This document shows positions 9,003-17,310 of a stretch of 54,545 bases of DNA, one piece after another; the stretch's first letter is position 1, and every line of letters begins with the position of its first letter. The stretch is from positions 1 to 54,545 of the IMG/VR virus record IMGVR_UViG_3300012663_000581; one strand, 5' to 3'. A program made the position numbers and the translations under genes. The DNA comes from a virus (lineage: Duplodnaviria > Caudoviricetes). The notes under the pieces are model-generated. The model saw only the letters and a list, made by a program, of their open reading frames with translations. It had not been told where the DNA came from and made no database searches.

Positions 9003-10040
9003 TTAGTTTAGTGATTTTATATGAATAATTGTGTTTTTTACTATTGATAAATGGTCGCCTAATGCATAATCTTTAGTAGTATCTTTAAGATTTTTAATGC
9101 TAATAGACTGGCAACATGCAACTGTATTGCACGGGTATCCAATTTCTTCGTACTGTCGAGCTTTTAATTTTCTAATGAACTCTTTTCTAGTAGCAGAATC
9201 GTGTATTTCTATTAGAGTTGACTCATTTACGTTTCCTAATACAATATCATTGTTGTCGTCATAACAACACGGATACCAATCGCCATTAGGCGCAACAAAT
9301 ATCTCTGATTCGACTCGAGACATTAATGGACAATCTAATTTGCTTTGATCTACATTGATCCTAGCACGGCCTGAAGTAATTAAACTTCGTTCTGCCCACA
9401 GACCAGATTTAGCATGACGTATAGGAACATTCGTTGGCACAAATCCTTTAAGGCTGTTAACTGTATCTTCAAATGAGCTGTAAGGTACTCTTTTTTTCAT
9501 TTGGTCAGGTTTATGTTGCAAAAATGCATTAACAGATAGAGCGTACTCAAATGCTGGCATTACATTTATAGTGAAGTCAAAGTTAGGATCATATTGTTGT
9601 CGTAGTTCTAAAAATCTTTTTAAATTTTTAATAACACCAGCATAGCTAATACCCTTTACTGCTTTATACGATTTTGCATCGTGGCCATCAACATTCATCT
9701 GAATCGAACTAAGTAGTTGTTCTTGCAATAATATTTTTGCAATGCTAGGTTTTAATAATCCAAAATTACTTAATAAATTAAGTGCAGTATTAGGCAATTT
9801 TAGTTTAATATAACGTGCAATATCTAAAAAGTCTTTGTTATATAGTGCTTCACCGTTCTCACTTAGGTGAATCATTTTTATTTGATACGGAAAATTAGGA
9901 TCTGCTGCTTCGTCAATAATTTTCTTAACAGTTTCAAATGGCATATCAAAGTTATGTTTAGTACCGCGACTAGTTGGGCACCAAACACATTTGGCGTTAC
10001 ATCGATTCGATAATGCAAGGTTGATGCATTCTATGGTCAT
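9003..10040 (-). CDS. Radical SAM protein with SPASM/Twitch domain
   Basis: CNAKCVWC (CxxxCxxC), GEAL motif, and C-terminal C...IFVAPNGDWYPCC.D...LGNV...C..CC. Confidence 0.9.
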   Translation of the reverse strand: MTIECINLALSNRCNAKCVWCPTSRGTKHNFDMPFETVKKIIDEAADPNFPYQIKMIHLSENGEALYNKDFLDIARYIKLKLPNTALNLLSNFGLLKPSIAKILLQEQLLSSIQMNVDGHDAKSYKAVKGISYAGVIKNLKRFLELRQQYDPNFDFTINVMPAFEYALSVNAFLQHKPDQMKKRVPYSSFEDTVNSLKGFVPTNVPIRHAKSGLWAERSLITSGRARINVDQSKLDCPLMSRVESEIFVAPNGDWYPCCYDDNNDIVLGNVNESTLIEIHDSATRKEFIRKLKARQYEEIGYPCNTVACCQSISIKNLKDTTKDYALGDHLSIVKNTIIHIKSLN

Positions 10041-10097
10041 ATTAAGATCCTTCTTTATCTACTTATGTCACTACGCTCGGGCTCTTGATTTTTTTAC

Positions 10098-10147
10098 TAT
10101 AAATATCAATCAAACAGTTTGACTAACAACTACTTCTATACTATAAT
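10098..10147 (+). promoter_or_regulatory. Tandem late (TATAAATA) and sigma70 (TTGACT-17-TATAAT) promoters
   Basis: TATAAATA at 10098-10105; TTGACT at 10119-10124, 17-nt spacer, TATAAT at 10142-10147; ATG at 10153. Confidence 0.75.
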
Positions 10148-10152
10148 ACACT

Positions 10153-10782
10153 ATGAATTTACGAAAACTTTTAGATGACGACTTTGATGTATCATCTCTT
10201 AAAATTATACCGCCATCTGCACTATCATATCCAAATCCAGTTATTGGTATAAGTCGAGATGGTATTATAAATTACACCAAATCTACTCATGTAAAAACTC
10301 CCGACGAGTTTGAAATTATTCCAGGTGCTGCCGAAGCTGTGGCATTAATGCGCAAAAAAGGATATAAAATAGTAATACTTTCAAATCAGTATGGCATTAG
10401 TGAAGGTGTTATGACGCCTAACGATGTTGACTTTGTTAATCAACGAATGCTAGAATTATTTGGTGAAGCAGGTTGTCCTAGTATTGATGCAATGTATTAT
10501 TCAACTACCCGAATGAAGGAAGATGTGTTTGCTTTACCAAATGTAGGAATGTTTCATAGAGCAGAAAAAGAACATAAGTTAAAATTTAAAGAAGGTTGGT
10601 TTGTCGGGGACAAGATTAGCGACCTTAAAGGTGCTGAAAACATTAAAGCACGACCAGTGCTAATTAAAACAGGTGATTGGGCAGAAACTGTTAAAAAATT
10701 AGAAACTTATGCTAATAACGAGTTGCGTAAAAAAACACAAATCTTTGATAGTCTTTTAGATTTTGCAGTCAGCTTGCTCTGA
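10153..10782 (+). CDS. GmhB/HisB-like HAD-family protein with degenerate active site
   Basis: Overall pattern (x)RDGIIN...IPGAAEAV...ILSNQYGI...P..GMF...FVGDKISDL..A...PVLIKTG matches D,D-heptose-1,7-bisphosphate phosphatases, but motif I reads ISRDG rather than LDRDG. Confidence 0.8.
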   Translation: MNLRKLLDDDFDVSSLKIIPPSALSYPNPVIGISRDGIINYTKSTHVKTPDEFEIIPGAAEAVALMRKKGYKIVILSNQYGISEGVMTPNDVDFVNQRMLELFGEAGCPSIDAMYYSTTRMKEDVFALPNVGMFHRAEKEHKLKFKEGWFVGDKISDLKGAENIKARPVLIKTGDWAETVKKLETYANNELRKKTQIFDSLLDFAVSLL

Positions 10783-11604
10783 TGGTGTTAACGATACAGT
10801 TATGTCGTCAATGGGAAAATCATAATAAAAATAATGTGTGCCTGTGCGTGGAACACTTGCAACCCATTTTCCAAAAACACATGCTCCGCTTTGTGTAGCA
10901 GTCCTTCCATGATACTCTTTACCGTCCATCATGTAGCAGTTGTCTACAACTATCATAGGAAATAACAGACGAGATACACGTCTTATATTTCCTTCTAACC
11001 AGATATTTTCAATCTCATCATACTCTTCGTCAACCCCTCGGTCTGCATTAGTTGCATGTATTATAAGTTTAACTCCAATTTTTAAGTATTTTTCAGGTAG
11101 GCCGCCTTCGTTACTTTGATGTCCGTATAAATCTGCACAAATAAGACCGGCTACTGGTATTATTTTATTTCCTTCAACTGGCATTACAATGCCAGTTAGT
11201 ATTTCACTCTTTACAATGCCGATTGTATTATCTAGCGGAGTAAGTACTGACTTGTTAGTCGCTCCTAAATATCTTCCGTTTTTAGCGTAATATCTAATTT
11301 GATTTCTTTTAACTAACTTAAGCTCGTCGCCCGGGGGACCGTTTTCAACCCATAGTGTTCCTAGACATAACCCTACTTGCTTTTCAGCGGCATATTTTTC
11401 AATTTCTGACAAGGAAGAGGCTAATACATCTAGTTCAGCATTAAAATTAACAGAGTAACCACTTAGTGATGCTTCAGGTGTTACTAAGTAGTCTATATTG
11501 TTTTCAGCTGCCCAGTCAATAGCAGCCTTAATAGTAATTACATTTCTGCGTATAAAAGGAGTACAGGGAATCTGAGCCCCGCCAAATCTTACAGTAGTTT
11601 TCAT
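10756..11604 (-). CDS. Carbon-nitrogen hydrolase (nitrilase superfamily), paralog 2
   Basis: Candidate triad Glu (TPEASLSGY), Lys (ATNKS), Cys (LICADLY). Confidence 0.85.
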   Translation of the reverse strand: MKTTVRFGGAQIPCTPFIRRNVITIKAAIDWAAENNIDYLVTPEASLSGYSVNFNAELDVLASSLSEIEKYAAEKQVGLCLGTLWVENGPPGDELKLVKRNQIRYYAKNGRYLGATNKSVLTPLDNTIGIVKSEILTGIVMPVEGNKIIPVAGLICADLYGHQSNEGGLPEKYLKIGVKLIIHATNADRGVDEEYDEIENIWLEGNIRRVSRLLFPMIVVDNCYMMDGKEYHGRTATQSGACVFGKWVASVPRTGTHYFYYDFPIDDITVSLTPSEQADCKI

Positions 11605-12458
11605 TTGTCTGTTTGTTCCCTAGTTGGCCATTCTATTGCAATATCGTCGACCTTAAAGTCATAGTAAAAATATTGGGTTCCTGTTCTTGGAACTTTAGTT
11701 ACCCATTCTCCGTCCACAAGTACTCCGCTTTCGCTTGAAGTATTTCCGTGATACTCTGTACCGTCTGCCATATAGCAGTTATCTACTGTTAAAATAGGAC
11801 ATCTAGTTAAAAACGATGCCCTTCTTAAGTGAATATCATTCCAGTCATTAGAAATTTTAGTAGAAAGATCTTTACTAAGTCCATTGGTTGGTTCTATATT
11901 TCGAACACCATTTGTGCTATGTAGTATTAGTGTTGCACCTTGATTTTTCAGTTGCCACGATAAACCGTGCCCACCATCACCGCCATCAACACCATACATA
12001 TCTACACAAATTAATCCACCTAACGGAATAACTTTCTCTTCAAAAGGTAATGGTATAAGACCAATATGGTTATCGCTAATAATACCAATTTTTGTATCGT
12101 CTTCTATACAATAGTATTTGTTAACTACTCCACAAAAGTTACCGGTATTATTGTAGAATCTAATTTGATTTCGACGAACTTGGCCAGAATATTCTGCTTC
12201 GTCCCATATAGTTCCTAAACATAATCCAACGTTCTTTCTCGCTGCATATTCTTCTACTTCTTTTAATGCCTCTACAATCTTATTAAGAGAATTATCAAAG
12301 TCTGAACTGTAACCACTTAGTGATGCTTCTGGTGTCACTAAGTAGTCTACATTGTTTTCGGCCGCCCAGTCAATAGCTCTTCTAATTGTTAACAAGTTAG
12401 TTTGAACATATGGCGTTACTGGAATCTGTGCTCCAGCGAATCTTATTGTAGTTTTCAT
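11601..12458 (-). CDS. Carbon-nitrogen hydrolase (nitrilase superfamily), paralog 1
   Basis: Candidate triad Glu (TPEASLSGY), Lys (VVNKY), Cys (LICVDMY); 4-nt overlap with paralog 2. Confidence 0.85.
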   Translation of the reverse strand: MKTTIRFAGAQIPVTPYVQTNLLTIRRAIDWAAENNVDYLVTPEASLSGYSSDFDNSLNKIVEALKEVEEYAARKNVGLCLGTIWDEAEYSGQVRRNQIRFYNNTGNFCGVVNKYYCIEDDTKIGIISDNHIGLIPLPFEEKVIPLGGLICVDMYGVDGGDGGHGLSWQLKNQGATLILHSTNGVRNIEPTNGLSKDLSTKISNDWNDIHLRRASFLTRCPILTVDNCYMADGTEYHGNTSSESGVLVDGEWVTKVPRTGTQYFYYDFKVDDIAIEWPTREQTDK

Positions 12459-12461
12459 AGA

Positions 12462-14264
12462 TTATTCTTGATTAAGAATTCTAATCAACTTTCCATATTC
12501 TGGAAGATATAAGTATTCTATTTCACTGCGGGCAAGAGTATCTAGCGCATCACCTAAAGTTTCCACTAACGGATCACCACCTAAGTTGAAACTAGTATTG
12601 AATAACACTGGTACGCCTGTTTCTTTGTAAAACACATTGATCAAATCATAGAAGTGTTTGTTTTGTTCTTCTGTAACTGTTTGAATTCTGCAAGTTCCGT
12701 CTACGTGAATAATACTAGGAATTTTTTCAGCTACTCCAGGTTGGCAGTTTACAGCATACATCATATTAGGACTTTCGTCCATTCCACGCAAGTCGAACCA
12801 TTCGTGTGCATGTTCTTTAAGAATAGTGCCTGCAAATGGTCGGAAGTATTCACGATGTTTTATTTCGTTAACAAAATCTTTTCCGTCGACAAAAGTAGGA
12901 TTAAACAGAATACTACGATTTCCCAATGCTCGAGGTCCGTTTTCGCTACCGCCTTGGAAAATTGCAACAATATTCTTATCTTTTAATAAGGTTACTACAT
13001 CTGCATGAGTTGCATCAGTATACTCTGCTGTATCATGCATAGCACAAGCTAGGTCAATGTCATCAGTAGAATAGTTATACTTTGGTCCTAGATATAAATT
13101 ATGTTTAAAGTCTGTAATTGTAGAATCATTACTAGTTGTTCTATGAACTATCATAGCAGCACCCATAGCTGTTCCTGCATCATTACTGATAGGCTCAACG
13201 TATAGATTGATACCTTTTTCATTTAATTTAGTTAGATAGTAATAGTTCGCTACACAGTTTAGTCCGTATCCTCCGCTTACTACTACGTTATTAACACCGG
13301 ACATTTCTACTGCTTTCAAAATTAGTTCAAGTACTTGTTCTTGAGTCTGTGTCTGACAAGCATAAGCAAGATCTCTCCTATTCTCCAATGTACTTAGATC
13401 TTGTGCATTTGCATTTTCTAAATACTCGTACAATCCAGCGTTAATGACTGCACCGTTAGGATAACGCGGCACAATAAGATTTCGGTTTGTTACAGTTTGT
13501 GTTCCTGTTTTATCAAACAATTCTGGAATTTTTTCATTTTCTTTTCCGTACGGGAATAGTCCCATAGTTTTGCCAGCTTCGATTGCACTGAATCCACAAT
13601 ATTCTGTTACTGCTTCGTAGGCCTTTACAATTCCTGCGTGATCAGCAATACGGCATTCGTGAGTGCCGGTTTCACCGTATCTCTCACTAGAGAATTTTTT
13701 AATAATTGCTCCAGCTTTAGCATCTCTTACACCAATGTGTTTATACAATGTATTAAATGTAGCAGGATACTCACATTTAAAGAATGTCTCTGTTTCCCAG
13801 CCAGTTACAGATTCGTCTTTGTTTGCTAAATTTATAAATGTGCCAGCGCCATCAACAATGACTGCTACTGCTTCTTTAAATCCAGATCTGTAAAATGCAC
13901 AGGCTGCATGTAACTTATGGTGAACATGTGACAGGTCAATAACTTGCGGGTGATTCATCCGGTCAGCTTTTCTATCAATTAGATTTAATTTTCTAGCAAA
14001 TCCAGTATACATATCTTCACCGCTGAAGTCAATAGCGCCAGCTGTTTCTTTAGGAGTCGTATGTGCAATTACTAGATAGTCTAATTTATTTGTATACTCT
14101 AAAATTTTCACCATACTAGCATATGGGCCGCCATCGTACTTTTGTCGTGTTAGGCGTTCTTCTTCAATACTAAAAACAATTTCACCATCTTTAAGAAGAC
14201 AAACACCAGCGTTGTGTCCTCGGGTAATGCCTGCAATCCAAACACTTCTTTTGTTTTCTGTCAT
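12462..14264 (-). CDS. Carbamoyltransferase (NodU/CmcH/TobZ family)
   Basis: EEERLTRQK, HHKLHAACAF, VDGAG, GKTMGL, SGGYGLNCVAN, NDAGTAMGAA, GPRALGNRS, KHREYFRPFA, HVDGTCRIQTV, NTSFN. Confidence 0.95.
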   Translation of the reverse strand: MTENKRSVWIAGITRGHNAGVCLLKDGEIVFSIEEERLTRQKYDGGPYASMVKILEYTNKLDYLVIAHTTPKETAGAIDFSGEDMYTGFARKLNLIDRKADRMNHPQVIDLSHVHHKLHAACAFYRSGFKEAVAVIVDGAGTFINLANKDESVTGWETETFFKCEYPATFNTLYKHIGVRDAKAGAIIKKFSSERYGETGTHECRIADHAGIVKAYEAVTEYCGFSAIEAGKTMGLFPYGKENEKIPELFDKTGTQTVTNRNLIVPRYPNGAVINAGLYEYLENANAQDLSTLENRRDLAYACQTQTQEQVLELILKAVEMSGVNNVVVSGGYGLNCVANYYYLTKLNEKGINLYVEPISNDAGTAMGAAMIVHRTTSNDSTITDFKHNLYLGPKYNYSTDDIDLACAMHDTAEYTDATHADVVTLLKDKNIVAIFQGGSENGPRALGNRSILFNPTFVDGKDFVNEIKHREYFRPFAGTILKEHAHEWFDLRGMDESPNMMYAVNCQPGVAEKIPSIIHVDGTCRIQTVTEEQNKHFYDLINVFYKETGVPVLFNTSFNLGGDPLVETLGDALDTLARSEIEYLYLPEYGKLIRILNQE

Positions 14265-14266
14265 TT

Positions 14267-15223
14267 TTAATCCTTGTTACTTACAAATTTATTATACATT
14301 TCATGCACTGATTCTACTATGATGTTTTCAACTTTATCGTTCATTGCCATAATCCCATCATTATTCATATCAGCATATTCATCAGGTGCTATTCTAATTG
14401 GGCTATAGATTCTAACACCTTCTCCCATGTCCAATACTCGAATGTTTTCACAATCAACGTATGACACATTAATAGGGAAAGTTGATCCCATTACTGCTAC
14501 AGCAGGTTTATTTAATGCATAGGCAATATGTTGAGACACACTATCACAAGTTAGAACAATATCAGCTGATTTAATTAATCCAGCCCATTGACGAATTGTT
14601 ATGTTTGATGGTGTTGCTACAGAATCTTTGCAACCTAGTGCTTGGTAGTTTAGCGGTAATTCAGACATTATAATAACTGCAAAATCTTTTTGTAGTTTAT
14701 TAATGATGCTGATAACATTTCCAATTTCAAAACTTCGGCCCGATGCATCAGTAACAATGTCGCCTTTCATAGTTACTCCTCGACCGAATGGTTGGAAAAC
14801 TATAGTTTTTGTTTTTCCTGTTTTTGATAGTACATCTTTAATACCAGCTTTACCAGTTGTTATTTCATCTTGGGTTAGCTTTAGCGTAGGGCGTGGTAGT
14901 TCACGAACGCCTTTATTATTAATTTCAATATCAAATGCTTGACTTAACGAACATTTTTGATTGTAATATTCCCAAACTCTATATGGCTCAGGAGTTACTA
15001 TGTCCATATCAACTAGTCTGTCGTGGAATAAATTTTTGTGCCAGTGATCGTATGTACGGCTGTGAAGTTTAGGGTGTGCTTTGAAGAAATCGGTACCGCC
15101 TTCGCAGATTATTAAAAACTTTTCATCTGGATTCTCTTCTGCATATAATTCTAACGCAGGTACTGAGCAGATAACTCTGCCGGCACCGCCGTTGATAAAA
15201 AATGCTTTGGATCTTTTTGTCAT
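14267..15223 (-). CDS. Glycosyltransferase, GT-B fold, GT9 (heptosyltransferase)-like
   Basis: N-terminal GGAGRVICSVPAL and C-terminal WAGLIKSADIVLTCDSVSQHIAYALNKPAVAVMGST, matching the 'DS...H.A.A...P....G' GT9 signature. Confidence 0.7.
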   Translation of the reverse strand: MTKRSKAFFINGGAGRVICSVPALELYAEENPDEKFLIICEGGTDFFKAHPKLHSRTYDHWHKNLFHDRLVDMDIVTPEPYRVWEYYNQKCSLSQAFDIEINNKGVRELPRPTLKLTQDEITTGKAGIKDVLSKTGKTKTIVFQPFGRGVTMKGDIVTDASGRSFEIGNVISIINKLQKDFAVIIMSELPLNYQALGCKDSVATPSNITIRQWAGLIKSADIVLTCDSVSQHIAYALNKPAVAVMGSTFPINVSYVDCENIRVLDMGEGVRIYSPIRIAPDEYADMNNDGIMAMNDKVENIIVESVHEMYNKFVSNKD

Positions 15224-15252
15224 TAAAATGCCTCGATTAAATGCTTACTTGC

Positions 15253-15281
15253 ATTATATATGCAGTTAAACATTTAGTCAA
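15253..15281 (-). promoter_or_regulatory. sigma70-type promoter for the GT/carbamoyltransferase/nitrilase operon
   Basis: TTGACT (15281-15276), 17-nt spacer, TATAAT (15258-15253); the -10 sits within the imperfect palindrome tgcat-tatat-atgca. Confidence 0.78.
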
Positions 15282-15313
15282 GGCAAATGTGAATCAATAA
15301 CTTAAAAAATCAA

Positions 15314-16297
15314 TTAAATGGACGATTTTAATGCTGCCCATCTTTCTTCATGAACTTGAGCAATTTGATCAAACGTTATTTCTACATCAGTAGGTGCACC
15401 GTCACATAACTCATCATCACACTGATGATAATGGTTACATTTTGCACTATGAGTAGGAAGATTTTTTGTTACTTTCCATGGAGTTACATCTGATGCATTT
15501 AGTCCATGTTGTCCTTCAGGTGTTGCACAAACAGCAGCAAGGACTACATCAGGACCGTCTACATGGCAGCAAGGATCGTGACACACTATGCCCCACGCTG
15601 TAGTTTTTTCGGTAAAGTTTCTTGGACCGTTTGGAACTCCATCAGGTAATCCAATTGGTATTGAATTATCTAACCTAACTGAATGTATGTCCGGAGCTGC
15701 TATCTTCCATGGATGATTTTTGCTTACTTCATTTAATATAATGTAGTCAATAATTTCACAGCAGTAGTCAGCTCTTTGGTGTTGTGCGTCTGTAAGTATA
15801 TCAACTCGCTGACGCTCTCGTATCATGTTTTTATGACCCTTTAATACACTAACAATCATTTCCCATGATATCTCAAGTTGGTACCATGGATAAGTTACAA
15901 CACCATTTTCGTCAATAGTAACCTTCTTTAGATCATATGTGTGATCTGGAGCAGGCGGTTCGTGTCTCTGGTAGACCATATTGTATTTTTCGCATACTAC
16001 TTCTACTTGATTCTCGGCAACATGATCTTCGCAATTTGTAAGCAGAGCCATTAGAACAATATGGTTAGGATTGTGAGAGTGCAGATATATCATTTCTGCA
16101 TCGTCAGGACTGTTGTCCGAACCACCGTGTACTTCTGGATGACCGTCATGATCATATTCTACACCTTTAGTAACAGTGCGTGTTATTGGGTCAATATGCA
16201 CTTTAAAATCTGCAGGTCCGAGATATTCGCTTTCAACAGTTCTAAATCCGCTAGTCAAATCGTTATATTCGTTTGGTGCTAGATATGTAAATTTCAT
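15314..16297 (-). CDS. Hypothetical His/Cys/Asp-rich protein; possible fibre assembly chaperone or metal-binding protein
   Basis: 327 aa with SD AGGAG; last gene of the fibre block; H/C clusters such as CHDPCCHVD and HSAKCNHYHQCDDELCD. Function is inferred from position only. Confidence 0.5.
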   Translation of the reverse strand: MKFTYLAPNEYNDLTSGFRTVESEYLGPADFKVHIDPITRTVTKGVEYDHDGHPEVHGGSDNSPDDAEMIYLHSHNPNHIVLMALLTNCEDHVAENQVEVVCEKYNMVYQRHEPPAPDHTYDLKKVTIDENGVVTYPWYQLEISWEMIVSVLKGHKNMIRERQRVDILTDAQHQRADYCCEIIDYIILNEVSKNHPWKIAAPDIHSVRLDNSIPIGLPDGVPNGPRNFTEKTTAWGIVCHDPCCHVDGPDVVLAAVCATPEGQHGLNASDVTPWKVTKNLPTHSAKCNHYHQCDDELCDGAPTDVEITFDQIAQVHEERWAALKSSI

Positions 16298-16331
16298 TTA
16301 TTTCTCCTAATCTTTCTATATATTATTGATA

Positions 16332-17309
16332 TTATGACCAACTGATCAATACTGCGCCAGGACCGCCACAACTACCTAGGCAGCAGCCACCTGTACATCC
16401 TGTTCCGCTGGCACTTGATCCGCCACCGCCTGGGAAGTTTCCACTTACACCGCCGAACTGTGGCTGGGATTGATTGCTACAGTCGCAGCACTGTCCGGCA
16501 CCGCCAGCATATGCTGTTCCGCCACGACCCCATCCGTTACCGCAGTATGATCGTGTTGGTTGATTAAATCCGCAAGCTGCATTACCTGCACCACTATAGG
16601 TAGTCCATGTCATTGGTGAAGTCCAACCGCATCCGCCTCTAACATAGAAGTTAAAAGCCTGGCAGCAAGTACAGGTTTCGCCAGTGGCTGCTGTTCCTTG
16701 TATCTGACGGAAGGGCATCCGAACTTGTCCGTACCAATCTCTACATCCATTACCTGGACCTTCGTATGTACAACCGTCTGTACACCAGCTGTTGACATTA
16801 AGTCCGTACCAGCAGCAGTTAATAGCTATGTTGCTATGCCAAGTGTTATACTCAAGATTACTACATCCTGAGCTGGCTAAGAACATCAACCAGCAGCAGG
16901 TGCTACCACCGCATGCCTGCGGAGCCATTTGATAATTAATGCCAGTTGTACAGTTACATGTTCGTGTTAACTGTCCAGGGCTTCCTGTGTATAGGCCAGC
17001 TCCAGGAGTACAGCAAGTGCAGTTACATACACATGCACACAATATGTGGTTAGTACCACTAGTGGTACATCTTAACCAACCATAATCGCCACCTTGGCCG
17101 CCCCAACATGCTCCCATACAGCAGCAAGATCCAGCTCCACCACCGCCTTGACCCCACATTTCAATAACAAAACATGTGGCCGTTGAAGGAATACATATGC
17201 AGCAACTATTGCCTCCAGTTACAGCTATACAGTTAGTACGATGGCCAGGTCTGCACCATGCTCTACCACCTGTTGTAGCCCCTGCAAATAACGTTGTTAG
17301 TAATCCCAT
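16332..17309 (-). CDS. Cys/Gly-rich protein, paralog 2 (possible fibre tip/adhesin)
   Basis: About 41 Cys in 325 aa by manual count; EMWGQGGGG..CCC, GGQGG.YG and FPGGGG...GGPGAVLISW glycine-rich domain motifs. Confidence 0.7.
   Translation of the reverse strand: MGLLTTLFAGATTGGRAWCRPGHRTNCIAVTGGNSCCICIPSTATCFVIEMWGQGGGGAGSCCCMGACWGGQGGDYGWLRCTTSGTNHILCACVCNCTCCTPGAGLYTGSPGQLTRTCNCTTGINYQMAPQACGGSTCCWLMFLASSGCSNLEYNTWHSNIAINCCWYGLNVNSWCTDGCTYEGPGNGCRDWYGQVRMPFRQIQGTAATGETCTCCQAFNFYVRGGCGWTSPMTWTTYSGAGNAACGFNQPTRSYCGNGWGRGGTAYAGGAGQCCDCSNQSQPQFGGVSGNFPGGGGSSASGTGCTGGCCLGSCGGPGAVLISWS
17031..17060. repeat. 30-bp exact repeat, copy 1 (copy 2 at 18079-18108)
   Basis: acatgcacacaatatgtggttagtaccact occurs in both Cys-rich paralogs. 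Confidence 0.85.
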
Positions 17310-17310
17310 C

